Below are positions 1-8,575 of a stretch of DNA of 59,628 nt, in pieces. Below the pieces are notes generated by a model. That model searched no databases and had not been told where the DNA came from. It saw only the letters and a program-made list of their open reading frames with translations. Made by a program: the position numbers and the translations under genes. This DNA comes from a virus (taxonomy: Duplodnaviria > Caudoviricetes): positions 1 through 59,628 of the IMG/VR virus record IMGVR_UViG_3300034272_000911, one strand, 5' to 3'. Every line of letters starts with the position of its first letter. Within the stretch, counting starts at the first letter, position 1.

Positions 1-63
1 GGGTCAAACTGCGCCGCCGCAGCGCGGCTCTGGCAACGAACGACGTGCTGACCTTTGCTGGCG
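1..63 (+). repeat. Terminal direct repeat, copy 1 (circular overlap)
   Basis: gggtcaaactgcgcc...tttgctggcg is identical to 59566-59628. Confidence 0.97.
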
Positions 64-2867
64 GCGCGACCGCCACGCTTTCGAGCGCGGGGCAGCGCGG
101 CTGGATACACGTCGTCGGCGTTGAGGGTACAGGTTCGACCTCGGGCATCGTGAACATTCCGAGCCTCGGCGCGCTTACCGTGCGCGGCGACTGGTTCGAG
201 CTCGGCACGGCAAGCGGTGTCTCCGGTCAGACGATCCAGCACTACGTCGCTGACTTTGTCTCAGCCGTGCAGATCGAGACGGCGGCAGGCTCAGGGGTGT
301 ACGAATGGTGGGGCTGCGCTCCGTCTGCCGAGTTCAACGCAACCAACATCGCCACCGATGGCAGGGGTCGGTACTTCACCTGTTCGGCGTCCGGGGTCAT
401 CACTTTCGGTGGCGCGACCTTCGGGCGGTTGCCGCCAAGCGGCGCGCGTATCCGCGTTCCGAACGTGCATTTCTCAAGCTCGACTTCAGCGAACTGGGCA
501 GCAAACACATTCAACACGGCGAACGTCCCGAACCGCTACGAGTTTTTCTCGACTGGCGGCGTGGTGGACGTCGAGTTTGCTTGCGCGAACACGTTGTTCG
601 GAGTAAGAAACGCCTCCCTTTACCGCGTCAAAGACTCTTGCGGTGCAGATTCATGCTGGGCCGGGGGGCAATCGAACGCCACAAGCAACGCAACCGCCCT
701 GTCGCAAGTTCGCTTTGAAAACGTCGCGGCGTCCCGCGTCGGCGCTATCAATCATCAAAGCTTCGCGGTCGGCTACTCGACAGATGTGGAGTTCAAGGGC
801 TGCGAGAGCTTTCAGGCGGCGGGGGCCGGAACTGCCACGGGCGCGTTCAACGTCGCCAACTGCGTCGGGGTCGTCTTCGACTCGTGCGAGGCGTTCAACA
901 ACAAGACAATCACATCGTGGACGGTTTCGTACTCCAGCGAGATTGTGCTACGCAACTGCGTCCACGTCTCGGGGGCGACCAACGTCGCGATGGCGCTCAC
1001 CGGCTGCGCGGCGGTGGAAATCACCAACATCGTCGTTGCATCTCTGCACGCTGCCACTGGGACGCGCTCCAACTACGCCATTCAGTTCGTCAACTGCGCC
1101 GACGTAGCGGTCGACGGGTTGGCGCTCTTTCCTGGGACGCTCGCGTTCGGGTTTACCGCAGTGCTCGCGCAGGATCAGACGACCAACATCCGCATTCGGA
1201 ACATCGGCACACGCGCCGCGCCGATGGTGCTGGGCGCCGACGGTCGGTATGTCGCGCAGCTCGCCAACGTCAAGAGCGCGCGTGTCTCGCGGGTTTACTT
1301 TAGCGGAGGGTCGCAGGCGGTTGACTCGACAGTCCTGACGCAAAACTGCGATGAGGTGTGGATCTCCGATTGCGGCGATCCGACAGCTTCCGCGGCAAGC
1401 AGCGTGCTTGTGACATTCCCTCAAACCTCGTTTATCCAACGCACGGCTTCTGGCGGAAACCGCACTCATGCGTCAGCTCCGGCTAACGGCACCACCCCGA
1501 CGACGTTCTCGACGATTGGGCTGCACTTTGCCGAGCAGGAAGTGTCGGAAACTGAAGCGATGCTTTCTGTGTTCACAGGCATCGAGAAAAGCCCGTCTCC
1601 GTTCAGTCAGTCGGCGTACGTCGATGACGTCGGCACCATCCGGCGCGACGGAACCAACGGCCTGCTCCTGCGCGCATTGAACGACCAAGTGACATGGACG
1701 TGGCCCTATTGGATTCTTGGACTTACAGGTTTCGGGAACACCGCGCCAGTTGTCTCCGGCACGAACACCGCGAACATCGAGCTCACCTACGACCTCGACA
1801 AAGGCACCGGCTTCAGCGGCACGTTCAAGACGCTTAATGCCGCGAACTTGTCGGCGGAGACTGGCATCAGCCCCTCTGGCGTCAAGGTACGTCTGCGCGC
1901 TCGATGCGCGGTCGCAAATACGGGCAACGTGCTGCGAACCGTGTCGTTCTTCGGCGTCACAAGTGCGGCAGACATCGCCGCGAATCCGTACCCGTACAAC
2001 GAGCCGACCGTTGCTTTGTCGGGCGTTCAGTCCGGTTCGCTGTCCGCAATCTTCCGCAACAGCGACGGGCGCCTGCTAGACGTGCGGCCGTCGACTCAGT
2101 CGCGCCTGTATCCCGCGTGGTTCGCCGACGCGAACGTAACGCTCCGCGTCCGCCGCCCCGGCTGGGCAGAGGTCCAGACGCCGTTCACGCTTACCGAAGA
2201 CGGCGCGGCGTTTCCGCTCAACCAGACCGACACGGCGATTGCGGACACCGACCCCGGCGCGCTGGGCATCACGGTCACGAACCACGGCGCTTCGCCCGTG
2301 ACGTGGAACGGCAAGCAGTGGTCGGTCACTGTCACCGTACCTGCCGGTGTCTCGGCCCCGCAGGTCGCGCAGTGGCTGTCGTGGCAGACCGCGCAGGACG
2401 CCTTCACGCTCGGCGGCGGCTTCCACAACATGGCGTGGCCCGTCATGGTGGCTGCGGTCGGCACGGCGCTGGAAACGCAGCGCGGAACGCTGTTCGGATC
2501 GACCGGCGCGGCGCTCAAGGGTGTGCGCGTGGTTGATGCCAGCGACAACGAGGTTCCGGGCTTCGCTCGTATGCAAGCCGATGATGGCACCTACTACTCG
2601 CCAGCAGCCAGCTACACGCTGACGGTCAACAACATCGTCAGCGGGTCGCGCATCCTGATCCGGCGGACGGACACGTTGGCGGTCATCGCCAACCAGACCG
2701 TCAGCGGGTCGAGCTTCCAGTACAGCTACACGCACACTTCGGACATCCCTGTGGAGATCATCGTCCGAAAGGCGACCTCCGCCCCGTTCTACCAAGAGTG
2801 GCGCACGACGACCACGCTTGCCGCGTCGAACAACAGCCAGACCGCCAACCAACAACTGGACGAGTAA
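1..2867 (+). CDS. 3' part of tail spike-like virion protein with probable right-handed beta-helix (true start 59202)
   Basis: Repeating V-x-F-x-x-C / I-x-L-x-N-C strand pattern typical of beta-helices; located in the tail module. Confidence 0.7.
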   Translation, partial: VKLRRRSAALATNDVLTFAGGATATLSSAGQRGWIHVVGVEGTGSTSGIVNIPSLGALTVRGDWFELGTASGVSGQTIQHYVADFVSAVQIETAAGSGVYEWWGCAPSAEFNATNIATDGRGRYFTCSASGVITFGGATFGRLPPSGARIRVPNVHFSSSTSANWAANTFNTANVPNRYEFFSTGGVVDVEFACANTLFGVRNASLYRVKDSCGADSCWAGGQSNATSNATALSQVRFENVAASRVGAINHQSFAVGYSTDVEFKGCESFQAAGAGTATGAFNVANCVGVVFDSCEAFNNKTITSWTVSYSSEIVLRNCVHVSGATNVAMALTGCAAVEITNIVVASLHAATGTRSNYAIQFVNCADVAVDGLALFPGTLAFGFTAVLAQDQTTNIRIRNIGTRAAPMVLGADGRYVAQLANVKSARVSRVYFSGGSQAVDSTVLTQNCDEVWISDCGDPTASAASSVLVTFPQTSFIQRTASGGNRTHASAPANGTTPTTFSTIGLHFAEQEVSETEAMLSVFTGIEKSPSPFSQSAYVDDVGTIRRDGTNGLLLRALNDQVTWTWPYWILGLTGFGNTAPVVSGTNTANIELTYDLDKGTGFSGTFKTLNAANLSAETGISPSGVKVRLRARCAVANTGNVLRTVSFFGVTSAADIAANPYPYNEPTVALSGVQSGSLSAIFRNSDGRLLDVRPSTQSRLYPAWFADANVTLRVRRPGWAEVQTPFTLTEDGAAFPLNQTDTAIADTDPGALGITVTNHGASPVTWNGKQWSVTVTVPAGVSAPQVAQWLSWQTAQDAFTLGGGFHNMAWPVMVAAVGTALETQRGTLFGSTGAALKGVRVVDASDNEVPGFARMQADDGTYYSPAASYTLTVNNIVSGSRILIRRTDTLAVIANQTVSGSSFQYSYTHTSDIPVEIIVRKATSAPFYQEWRTTTTLAASNNSQTANQQLDE

Positions 2868-2870
2868 GCC

Positions 2871-4307
2871 ATGCCCATCGCAACAGACTTTTCGGTCGCA
2901 ACCAACGGCGACATCCGGCACGTTTCTGGCGCCGAGGTCTACTCCGTGCTCGAACTGCACGCTTGGCTGCAAGACCTCGCAGACGACGCGAGCGCGAGCG
3001 GTAACGACCTGCTCGACATCCTCGCGCCGAACCCGTCGCGCCTCGACGGCCCGCGTGACGCAGCGGTCGCATCGCGCCTCAACCTGCTTGCCAGCGGCGC
3101 CATCTCGTTCAACCTCGACGACACCGCAGCCCAGTTCATCAACTTCGGCTCGGTGAAGCAGGCGAACGCGGCGACCCAGTACTCGGGACTCCAGACCATC
3201 GGTGGCATCGTCGCCGCCTCGCCGATCTACGTCGTGCAGAGCGGCAACAAGCTGACCAAGTTCTGGTCGGACGGTCACATCCAGATCCTCATCAAGGTTC
3301 GCACCGGCGGGTCGCTGATCGACTCGGGCAACGTCACCGCCTTCTCGCGCAAGTGGGGTCAGACCTACTCGCACTTCGACGTGAACCTCGCGGCGGGTGG
3401 CGAGTCGAACGCCGCGCTCTCGACCGCCATCGACTCGAACATCGTGCTGTCTGAGGCGGCGGCTGCGGCGCTGTCCTCGAAGGTCACGGTGACCTTCGGC
3501 GACACGAACCTCGACCTGAACAACGGCAACGGCTCGAAGCTCTACAAGGGCTCGATCGCGCTGTCGGGCGGGTGCACGCTCCAAGAGGCGTACCAGTACC
3601 TCCAGTACCTCACCCGCGAGACGAGCACGGCGACGCTCAACGGCGTCCCCGGCTGGCGCTACCGGGTGCTGAACGTCGCCTACACCGAGATCCCCGCAGC
3701 GCCCTTCGGAACCTTCGCGGGCGGCACCTTCTTCGCCGCGCAAGGCTGGGCGCTGACCGGCGTCCTGCCTGCCGAGGCGACCCGCTACCAGCTGATCGCG
3801 CACGACGGCACGACGCAGGTTCCGCCCACGCTGGTTGGCATCACGGTCGGCAACCTCGTCAGCGGTGATCGGGTGCTGGTCGCCCGCGAGGACGGCTCCG
3901 GCGGCATCCTGCGGGACGAGTACACGCCGGTCGCCGCCAGCTCCGGCGCGACCGCGCTGACGGTGGTCGAGTCCATCAAGACCGACACCCCGAGCTCGGG
4001 CGTCATCCGCATCAAGGGGCTGCGCTACACCTACTCGTCGTTCAACGCTGGCACCAAGACCTTCTCGGGACTGTCCCCGGCGCTGGCGTCGAACATCGTC
4101 GCCGCGGACGAGGTCTTCGTCCCGTTCGTCGACAAGGTCGCCGCGTCCACCGCGGAGTCGGTGACGTTCATCTTCTCGTCCAACTTCACCGCTCGCGTTG
4201 ACGTCCGCAACGGCTCGGGCGCCTCGCCGATTATCCCGTTCACTACGCTCTTGGGCGTCACCAGCGCAGGTGGCTCGGTCAACGCCAGCCGCAACTCGGA
4301 TGTCTGA
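2871..4307 (+). CDS. Virion structural/tail protein
   Basis: 478 aa, beta-rich S/T/G/A composition, strong GC3 bias, coupled to neighbours. Confidence 0.65.
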   Translation: MPIATDFSVATNGDIRHVSGAEVYSVLELHAWLQDLADDASASGNDLLDILAPNPSRLDGPRDAAVASRLNLLASGAISFNLDDTAAQFINFGSVKQANAATQYSGLQTIGGIVAASPIYVVQSGNKLTKFWSDGHIQILIKVRTGGSLIDSGNVTAFSRKWGQTYSHFDVNLAAGGESNAALSTAIDSNIVLSEAAAAALSSKVTVTFGDTNLDLNNGNGSKLYKGSIALSGGCTLQEAYQYLQYLTRETSTATLNGVPGWRYRVLNVAYTEIPAAPFGTFAGGTFFAAQGWALTGVLPAEATRYQLIAHDGTTQVPPTLVGITVGNLVSGDRVLVAREDGSGGILRDEYTPVAASSGATALTVVESIKTDTPSSGVIRIKGLRYTYSSFNAGTKTFSGLSPALASNIVAADEVFVPFVDKVAASTAESVTFIFSSNFTARVDVRNGSGASPIIPFTTLLGVTSAGGSVNASRNSDV

Positions 4308-4738
4308 TGAGCTTCTACATCGCGCCATTCACGTTTCGCTTCGAGGAGCAGGTGATCGATGTCGACATCGGCATCGCCGACATCGATTGCTCCGCGCTCT
4401 ACGGCGCGATCAAGCAGGCGCAGGCTTCCGAGGAGGGGATCATCTATGAGCGAGTCGCAACGGGATCGGGGCTCTCCGTCCTTGGCCCCGGAGTCCAAGT
4501 CGGTCTCACCGTCGAGCTTCTGGGGTCGTGGCAACTTCGTTTCCCGGTTGGCAACTATATTGCCCGGGTCGCAGGCGGGAACTTCATCGGTGGCCCCGGC
4601 GGAGACCCCATCGCCTACACCGCCGGAGTCCAAACCCTCCTCATTCAGTCGGCGTCTTCGACCGTGGTGAACACCGCGGGGTCTATCCCCACGGCGAACC
4701 AGATCGCTGAAGCCGTCTGGAGCAAGACGCTGCCGTGA
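4307..4738 (+). CDS. Putative virion protein
   Basis: TGATG overlap; ends in IAEAVW motif common in phage structural proteins. Confidence 0.6.
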   Translation: MSFYIAPFTFRFEEQVIDVDIGIADIDCSALYGAIKQAQASEEGIIYERVATGSGLSVLGPGVQVGLTVELLGSWQLRFPVGNYIARVAGGNFIGGPGGDPIAYTAGVQTLLIQSASSTVVNTAGSIPTANQIAEAVWSKTLP

Positions 4739-5388
4739 CGACCGCCGCACAGCGTCTTGTGGCGCTGTCTGGGCTCCCTTCAGGCACCGCCGCCGCACAC
4801 CTCATGGCTCGCGCCACGCCTCCCGGGAACGCCGGACAGAGGCTGGTAGCCATCTCTGGGCTTGCCATCGGCACAGCCGCCGCCCATCTGCTTGCAGTCG
4901 GGCCGCTTGCGACGACGCCGCTGCCGAGCGCAGAGATAGCCGCCAGAGCGTCCTCGACGGTCATCCAAGCGGAGGCGGAGGGCGGGGCGCAGGCAGAGGC
5001 TCAGGCGGACGTCATCCGGCTGGAGGCGTCTTCCGACGACGCCAAGCTGACGACGGACGCCAAGGTCGCTCAGCTTGTTGCATCCCCAGCTGAAGCGAAG
5101 CTCTTCGCTGCCTACCAGACAATCTCAATCAACTTCTTTGCCGGGCAGCAGCTGCTCAAGTCTGCCGATCGGCAAGAATCAGTAGCGGTGACAGACTCTC
5201 TTTCCCGGGGGGTTGGAAAATCTTCCGCAGAACAGCTGTCTGTGACAGACGCTCTTTCTCTTGATGTCAGCAAGCAAGCCGCTCACTCGGTGACCGTTGG
5301 CAGCAACGGCTTACTCATTTTGCAGGGCTACTGCGACATCACCTACTTTGCCAGCGACTACGTCGGTCAGTCGCGAGCATTCACCTGA
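4735..5388 (+). CDS. Putative virion protein with N-terminal tandem repeat
   Basis: Two copies of QRLVAxSGLxxGTAAAHL; C-terminal YCDITYFASDYVG. Confidence 0.6.
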   Translation: MTTAAQRLVALSGLPSGTAAAHLMARATPPGNAGQRLVAISGLAIGTAAAHLLAVGPLATTPLPSAEIAARASSTVIQAEAEGGAQAEAQADVIRLEASSDDAKLTTDAKVAQLVASPAEAKLFAAYQTISINFFAGQQLLKSADRQESVAVTDSLSRGVGKSSAEQLSVTDALSLDVSKQAAHSVTVGSNGLLILQGYCDITYFASDYVGQSRAFT

Positions 5389-5397
5389 GGCGTAAGC

Positions 5398-5859
5398 GTG
5401 AAAAATATATCCATTGTTGATGTCAAAGGCAGGCTTCAGATTATTGTTCGCGGCGCGGATGGCGCAATCAAGGACATTCGCGAGATCGATAATCTTGTCG
5501 TCAACGCGGGTCTGGCGTTCATCGCGAGCCGCCTGATCGGAGCCTCCAAGGCTGTCATGTCACACATGGCGCTCGGCGGAAGCACGACGCTTCCTGCGGC
5601 AACGCAGACCGACCTGATCTCAATGCTTGGCTCGCGTGAAGCTATCGACTCAGCGGTGATCGGCGGTGTTAACGGAAACCAAGTCGTCTACACGGCGATC
5701 TTTGAGCCCGGCGATGCGACCGGCGCCATCACCGAGGCTGGTGTCTTCAACGGCGCCACAGGTGGTGACATGCTGTGCCGAACTACGTTCGCTGTCGTAA
5801 ACAAGGGGGCGAGCGACTCTATATCTATGTCGTGGACTCTGACTTTCTCCGCGGGCTGA
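5398..5859 (+). CDS. Tail-fibre-associated structural protein
   Basis: NLVVNAG...ITEAGVFN...MLCRTTFAVVNKGASDSISMSWTL pattern typical of phage tail modules. Confidence 0.7.
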   Translation: MKNISIVDVKGRLQIIVRGADGAIKDIREIDNLVVNAGLAFIASRLIGASKAVMSHMALGGSTTLPAATQTDLISMLGSREAIDSAVIGGVNGNQVVYTAIFEPGDATGAITEAGVFNGATGGDMLCRTTFAVVNKGASDSISMSWTLTFSAG

Positions 5860-5875
5860 TCGAAGGTAAATCGGA

Positions 5876-6142
5876 ATGACTCAGGTAACCCTTCGTCGGA
5901 TCAAAGGATCTCCGCTTACCAATGACGAGGTCGATGATAACTTCCAAGCCCTGAACAGCGGCAAAGAATCGACCGCGAACAAGGGAGTAGCGAACGGCTA
6001 CGCTTCGTTGGATAGCGGTGGAAAAGTGCCGCTTGTGCAGATCCCTGACGGGATTGGCGGCGGGTCTATCGGGAACTTGGACGGCGGAGACGCCGACACT
6101 GGCCATGGCGCGCTGACTGCGGTCGACGGGGGTGGTGCATGA
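5876..6142 (+). CDS. Small tail-fibre anchor-like protein
   Basis: KGSPLTNDEVDDNF and KGVANGYASLDSGGKVP motifs. Confidence 0.65.
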   Translation: MTQVTLRRIKGSPLTNDEVDDNFQALNSGKESTANKGVANGYASLDSGGKVPLVQIPDGIGGGSIGNLDGGDADTGHGALTAVDGGGA

Positions 6143-6765
6143 GCGTACGGATCCAGATCCGCGGCGACTTGGCTTCGGCTTGGGCAGCGGTCAACCCAGT
6201 CCTTGCTGAGCGAGAGGTCGGCATCGAGACCGATACTCGGTACATCAAGATCGGGAACGGCGCAGCCGCTTGGAACGCTTTGCCGTACGCATTGTCGCCA
6301 GATCTCTACCAAGCAAAGTTGGTCTCTGGCGCCAACATCAAGACTATCAACGGTGAAAGCCTGCTCGGGAGCGGGAACATACCGATCTCTGGCGGCGGCG
6401 GAAGCGGCGGAACCAGCAAGGTAACGCGTAGCAACATCCTGCTCGGAACTCTGAGCGGCAATCAGACCGGTTTTACTTACTACACGGTTCCAAACACTTG
6501 CATCCGCGGGATAGTTTCACTGTTCAACGTCACGGTCGACGCGGTTGGAAACTTTGATATTGAAGTTCGTGGGCTCGGAAACTCCGGCGGAGAGCTAATG
6601 CTAGCCGCTACCGACATCACCAGCGCTTCGTATCTGATGAGCTCGCCTTGGTACTACGAGTCCGAGGCTGGAGCGCCAAGCTTGTTCATTGCAATCAGAA
6701 ACCGCAGCCCTAGTCCGCGGACTTTTACTCTTAGTTCTCTTCGTTTAGAGGCATTCGCAACATGA
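6139..6765 (+). CDS. Fibre protein with Mtd_N / hyaluronate-lyase N-terminal-like anchor
   Basis: IQIRGDLASAWAAVNPVLAEREVGIETDT..IKIGNG..WNALPY, followed by NIKTINGESLLGSGNI. Confidence 0.8.
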   Translation: MSVRIQIRGDLASAWAAVNPVLAEREVGIETDTRYIKIGNGAAAWNALPYALSPDLYQAKLVSGANIKTINGESLLGSGNIPISGGGGSGGTSKVTRSNILLGTLSGNQTGFTYYTVPNTCIRGIVSLFNVTVDAVGNFDIEVRGLGNSGGELMLAATDITSASYLMSSPWYYESEAGAPSLFIAIRNRSPSPRTFTLSSLRLEAFAT

Positions 6766-7736
6766 CGTACAAAGTAGGCACCCTTAACTCAACGCCCGCC
6801 AAAGATCTTGTCGATCGCCTGTCGGTTGATATGGTTGCTAATGGCTGGGTGCTGGTCGAAAACGACTATACTGAAGGCATTTATACGTGGGATGTGCTGC
6901 GTAGCCCTGCAGGGCTGAACTCTGTTGGCAACGAGTTTTTTGTCGCGATCGGGTACACGACAACCGGTCAGACTACGATGGCGTGGACCGGAATGAAAGA
7001 GTGGAACACTACAACCAAGCGCGCTACCAGATTCTTGCCAAACACCGCAAACCTTGTCCCTGACGCTCTTGGTTACAACCCGCAAGGCGCTGTAGCCCTG
7101 CCGTCTACTGGTACGCAAATCGGTTTTCGTACGCAAACACTTGCTACGTCTGACTCGTATTATTACTCAGTAAACATTGACAGGATCATTGTCAGTGGTA
7201 ATGCGCTCGGCGTCGGTACGCTGAAATTTTTCTGGTATATGGGCTTGTTCGACAGCATTGTTCCTTTGGCAGTCGACCCCATGCCGTTTACGTTCACCGG
7301 AAGTTTTTACGATAGCACTACCGCAACTCCCGCAAACACTACTGCTGGGCTTATGCTTACAGAGCCGGGGCAAACAGCCGCAAACGCCCACAATTTTGTT
7401 GGTGGCGCGCTATACGTTGGAACCACTAGCGTTAACTCTCATAGATGGGTTCCTAATTGGGAGCCTAGTGGCGGAACCGGTGCGGGTAACAACTTGCTTC
7501 GGTACACAGGGCAAAACCTCATATCTCGGGCATATGTTAACGGGCGAGTAGGTTCAATGGGCGAGCAAACACAGGCGCTTCGTGGTTTTCTTAAAGACGT
7601 CTATGGTATTGCAGGCGGTGTTTATCAAGTCGGTGACATTGCTGAATGGGTTTGGGGCGGGGTTACTTACAACGCTGTAATCTTGCCCGCTAGTGCGACT
7701 GCGAGCGCCTATAAAACAATGATAGGGCGAGTCTGA
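6762..7736 (+). CDS. Putative receptor-binding/virion protein (lower GC)
   Basis: 324 aa, coupled start, T/G/Y-rich, AT-richer codon usage. Confidence 0.6.
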   Translation: MTYKVGTLNSTPAKDLVDRLSVDMVANGWVLVENDYTEGIYTWDVLRSPAGLNSVGNEFFVAIGYTTTGQTTMAWTGMKEWNTTTKRATRFLPNTANLVPDALGYNPQGAVALPSTGTQIGFRTQTLATSDSYYYSVNIDRIIVSGNALGVGTLKFFWYMGLFDSIVPLAVDPMPFTFTGSFYDSTTATPANTTAGLMLTEPGQTAANAHNFVGGALYVGTTSVNSHRWVPNWEPSGGTGAGNNLLRYTGQNLISRAYVNGRVGSMGEQTQALRGFLKDVYGIAGGVYQVGDIAEWVWGGVTYNAVILPASATASAYKTMIGRV

Positions 7737-8038
7737 TGCCCACTTACACCGTACATCGAGTTTCGCTTTTAAGCGATAACGCTACTGAAGTCGATTTTTT
7801 TGGCTGGAGTTTTTTTTCCGCAAACATACCTACAAACTTTAAGCAATTTTTTGCTCAGCTTGCTGCCGCACCGGTTATCAACGAAGCAACGGCGCCTACT
7901 TTCTACAGCCACGATCACATACTGGAGCCAAACGCAAAACTTAATCTAGGTGATCTTGGGTTGTACGGCATCCCGTTTCCTCGCGTAACTCGCTCGACCA
8001 GCGATCCGCTTAAAACTACTTTTCCGTTTACGCCCTAA
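7736..8038 (+). CDS. Hypothetical protein (lower GC)
   Basis: TGATG coupling with the upstream gene. Confidence 0.5.
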   Translation: MPTYTVHRVSLLSDNATEVDFFGWSFFSANIPTNFKQFFAQLAAAPVINEATAPTFYSHDHILEPNAKLNLGDLGLYGIPFPRVTRSTSDPLKTTFPFTP

Positions 8039-8110
8039 TAGATCAATCGCCCATTTCTGCGCGTCGATTTGATACCATCTGGTAGCTATCAATCCCACGG
8101 AGAATCGTTT

Positions 8111-8269
8111 ATGGAGTTCGTTTTCAAGGTCACCGAGCAGGAAGGCAATCTCCTGATCGCCGCCCTCGCCAAGCAGCCCTACGAGACCGTCGCCGGGCTG
8201 CTCCACAAGCTCCAGCATCAGGCGCAGGAGCAGATGAAGGCTCCCGTCCCCGCGGAGCTCGCGCAGTAA
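8111..8269 (+). CDS. Small helical phage protein
   Basis: GGAG RBS; MEFVFKVTEQEGNLLIAALAKQPYETVAGLL; GC3 bias. Confidence 0.65.
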   Translation: MEFVFKVTEQEGNLLIAALAKQPYETVAGLLHKLQHQAQEQMKAPVPAELAQ

Positions 8270-8272
8270 CAG

Positions 8273-8300
8273 AAGCCCCGCTCCGGCGGGCTTTTACTTT
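8273..8300 (+). terminator. Intrinsic terminator
   Basis: aagccccgc-tccg-gcgggctt hairpin followed by a T-rich tract. Confidence 0.75.
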
Positions 8301-8319
8301 CTGACCACGGAGAACGCCG

Positions 8320-8574
8320 ATGTCGAAGACCCCAGCATGGCAGCGCAAGGAAGGGCAGAACCCGAAGGGCGGTCTGAACGCCAAGGGTCGCGAGTCCTAC
8401 AACCGCGCCAACCCCGGCAAGCCCGGGCTCAAGCGTCCGCAGCCTGAGGGCGGTGCACGCCGGGATTCGTTCTGCGCTCGCATGGAGGGCATGAAGAAGA
8501 AGCTCACCAGCGAGAAGACGGCGAACGACCCGAACAGCCGCATCAACAAGTCGCTGCGAGCGTGGAACTGCTGA
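8320..8574 (+). CDS. DUF6321-like basic phage protein
   Basis: AWQRKEGQNPKGGLNAKGR...RRDSFCARM...DPNSRINKSLRAWNC. Confidence 0.75.
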   Translation: MSKTPAWQRKEGQNPKGGLNAKGRESYNRANPGKPGLKRPQPEGGARRDSFCARMEGMKKKLTSEKTANDPNSRINKSLRAWNC

Positions 8575-8575
8575 C

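Noticed and set aside
1-63. 63-bp terminal repeat as a biological direct terminal repeat
   Set aside because: It falls mid-gene with the frame continuous across the join, which fits an assembler circularisation overlap.
6139-7736. Diversity-generating retroelement suggested by the Mtd_N-like domain
   Set aside because: No reverse transcriptase ORF and no TR/VR repeat pair differing at adenines were seen.
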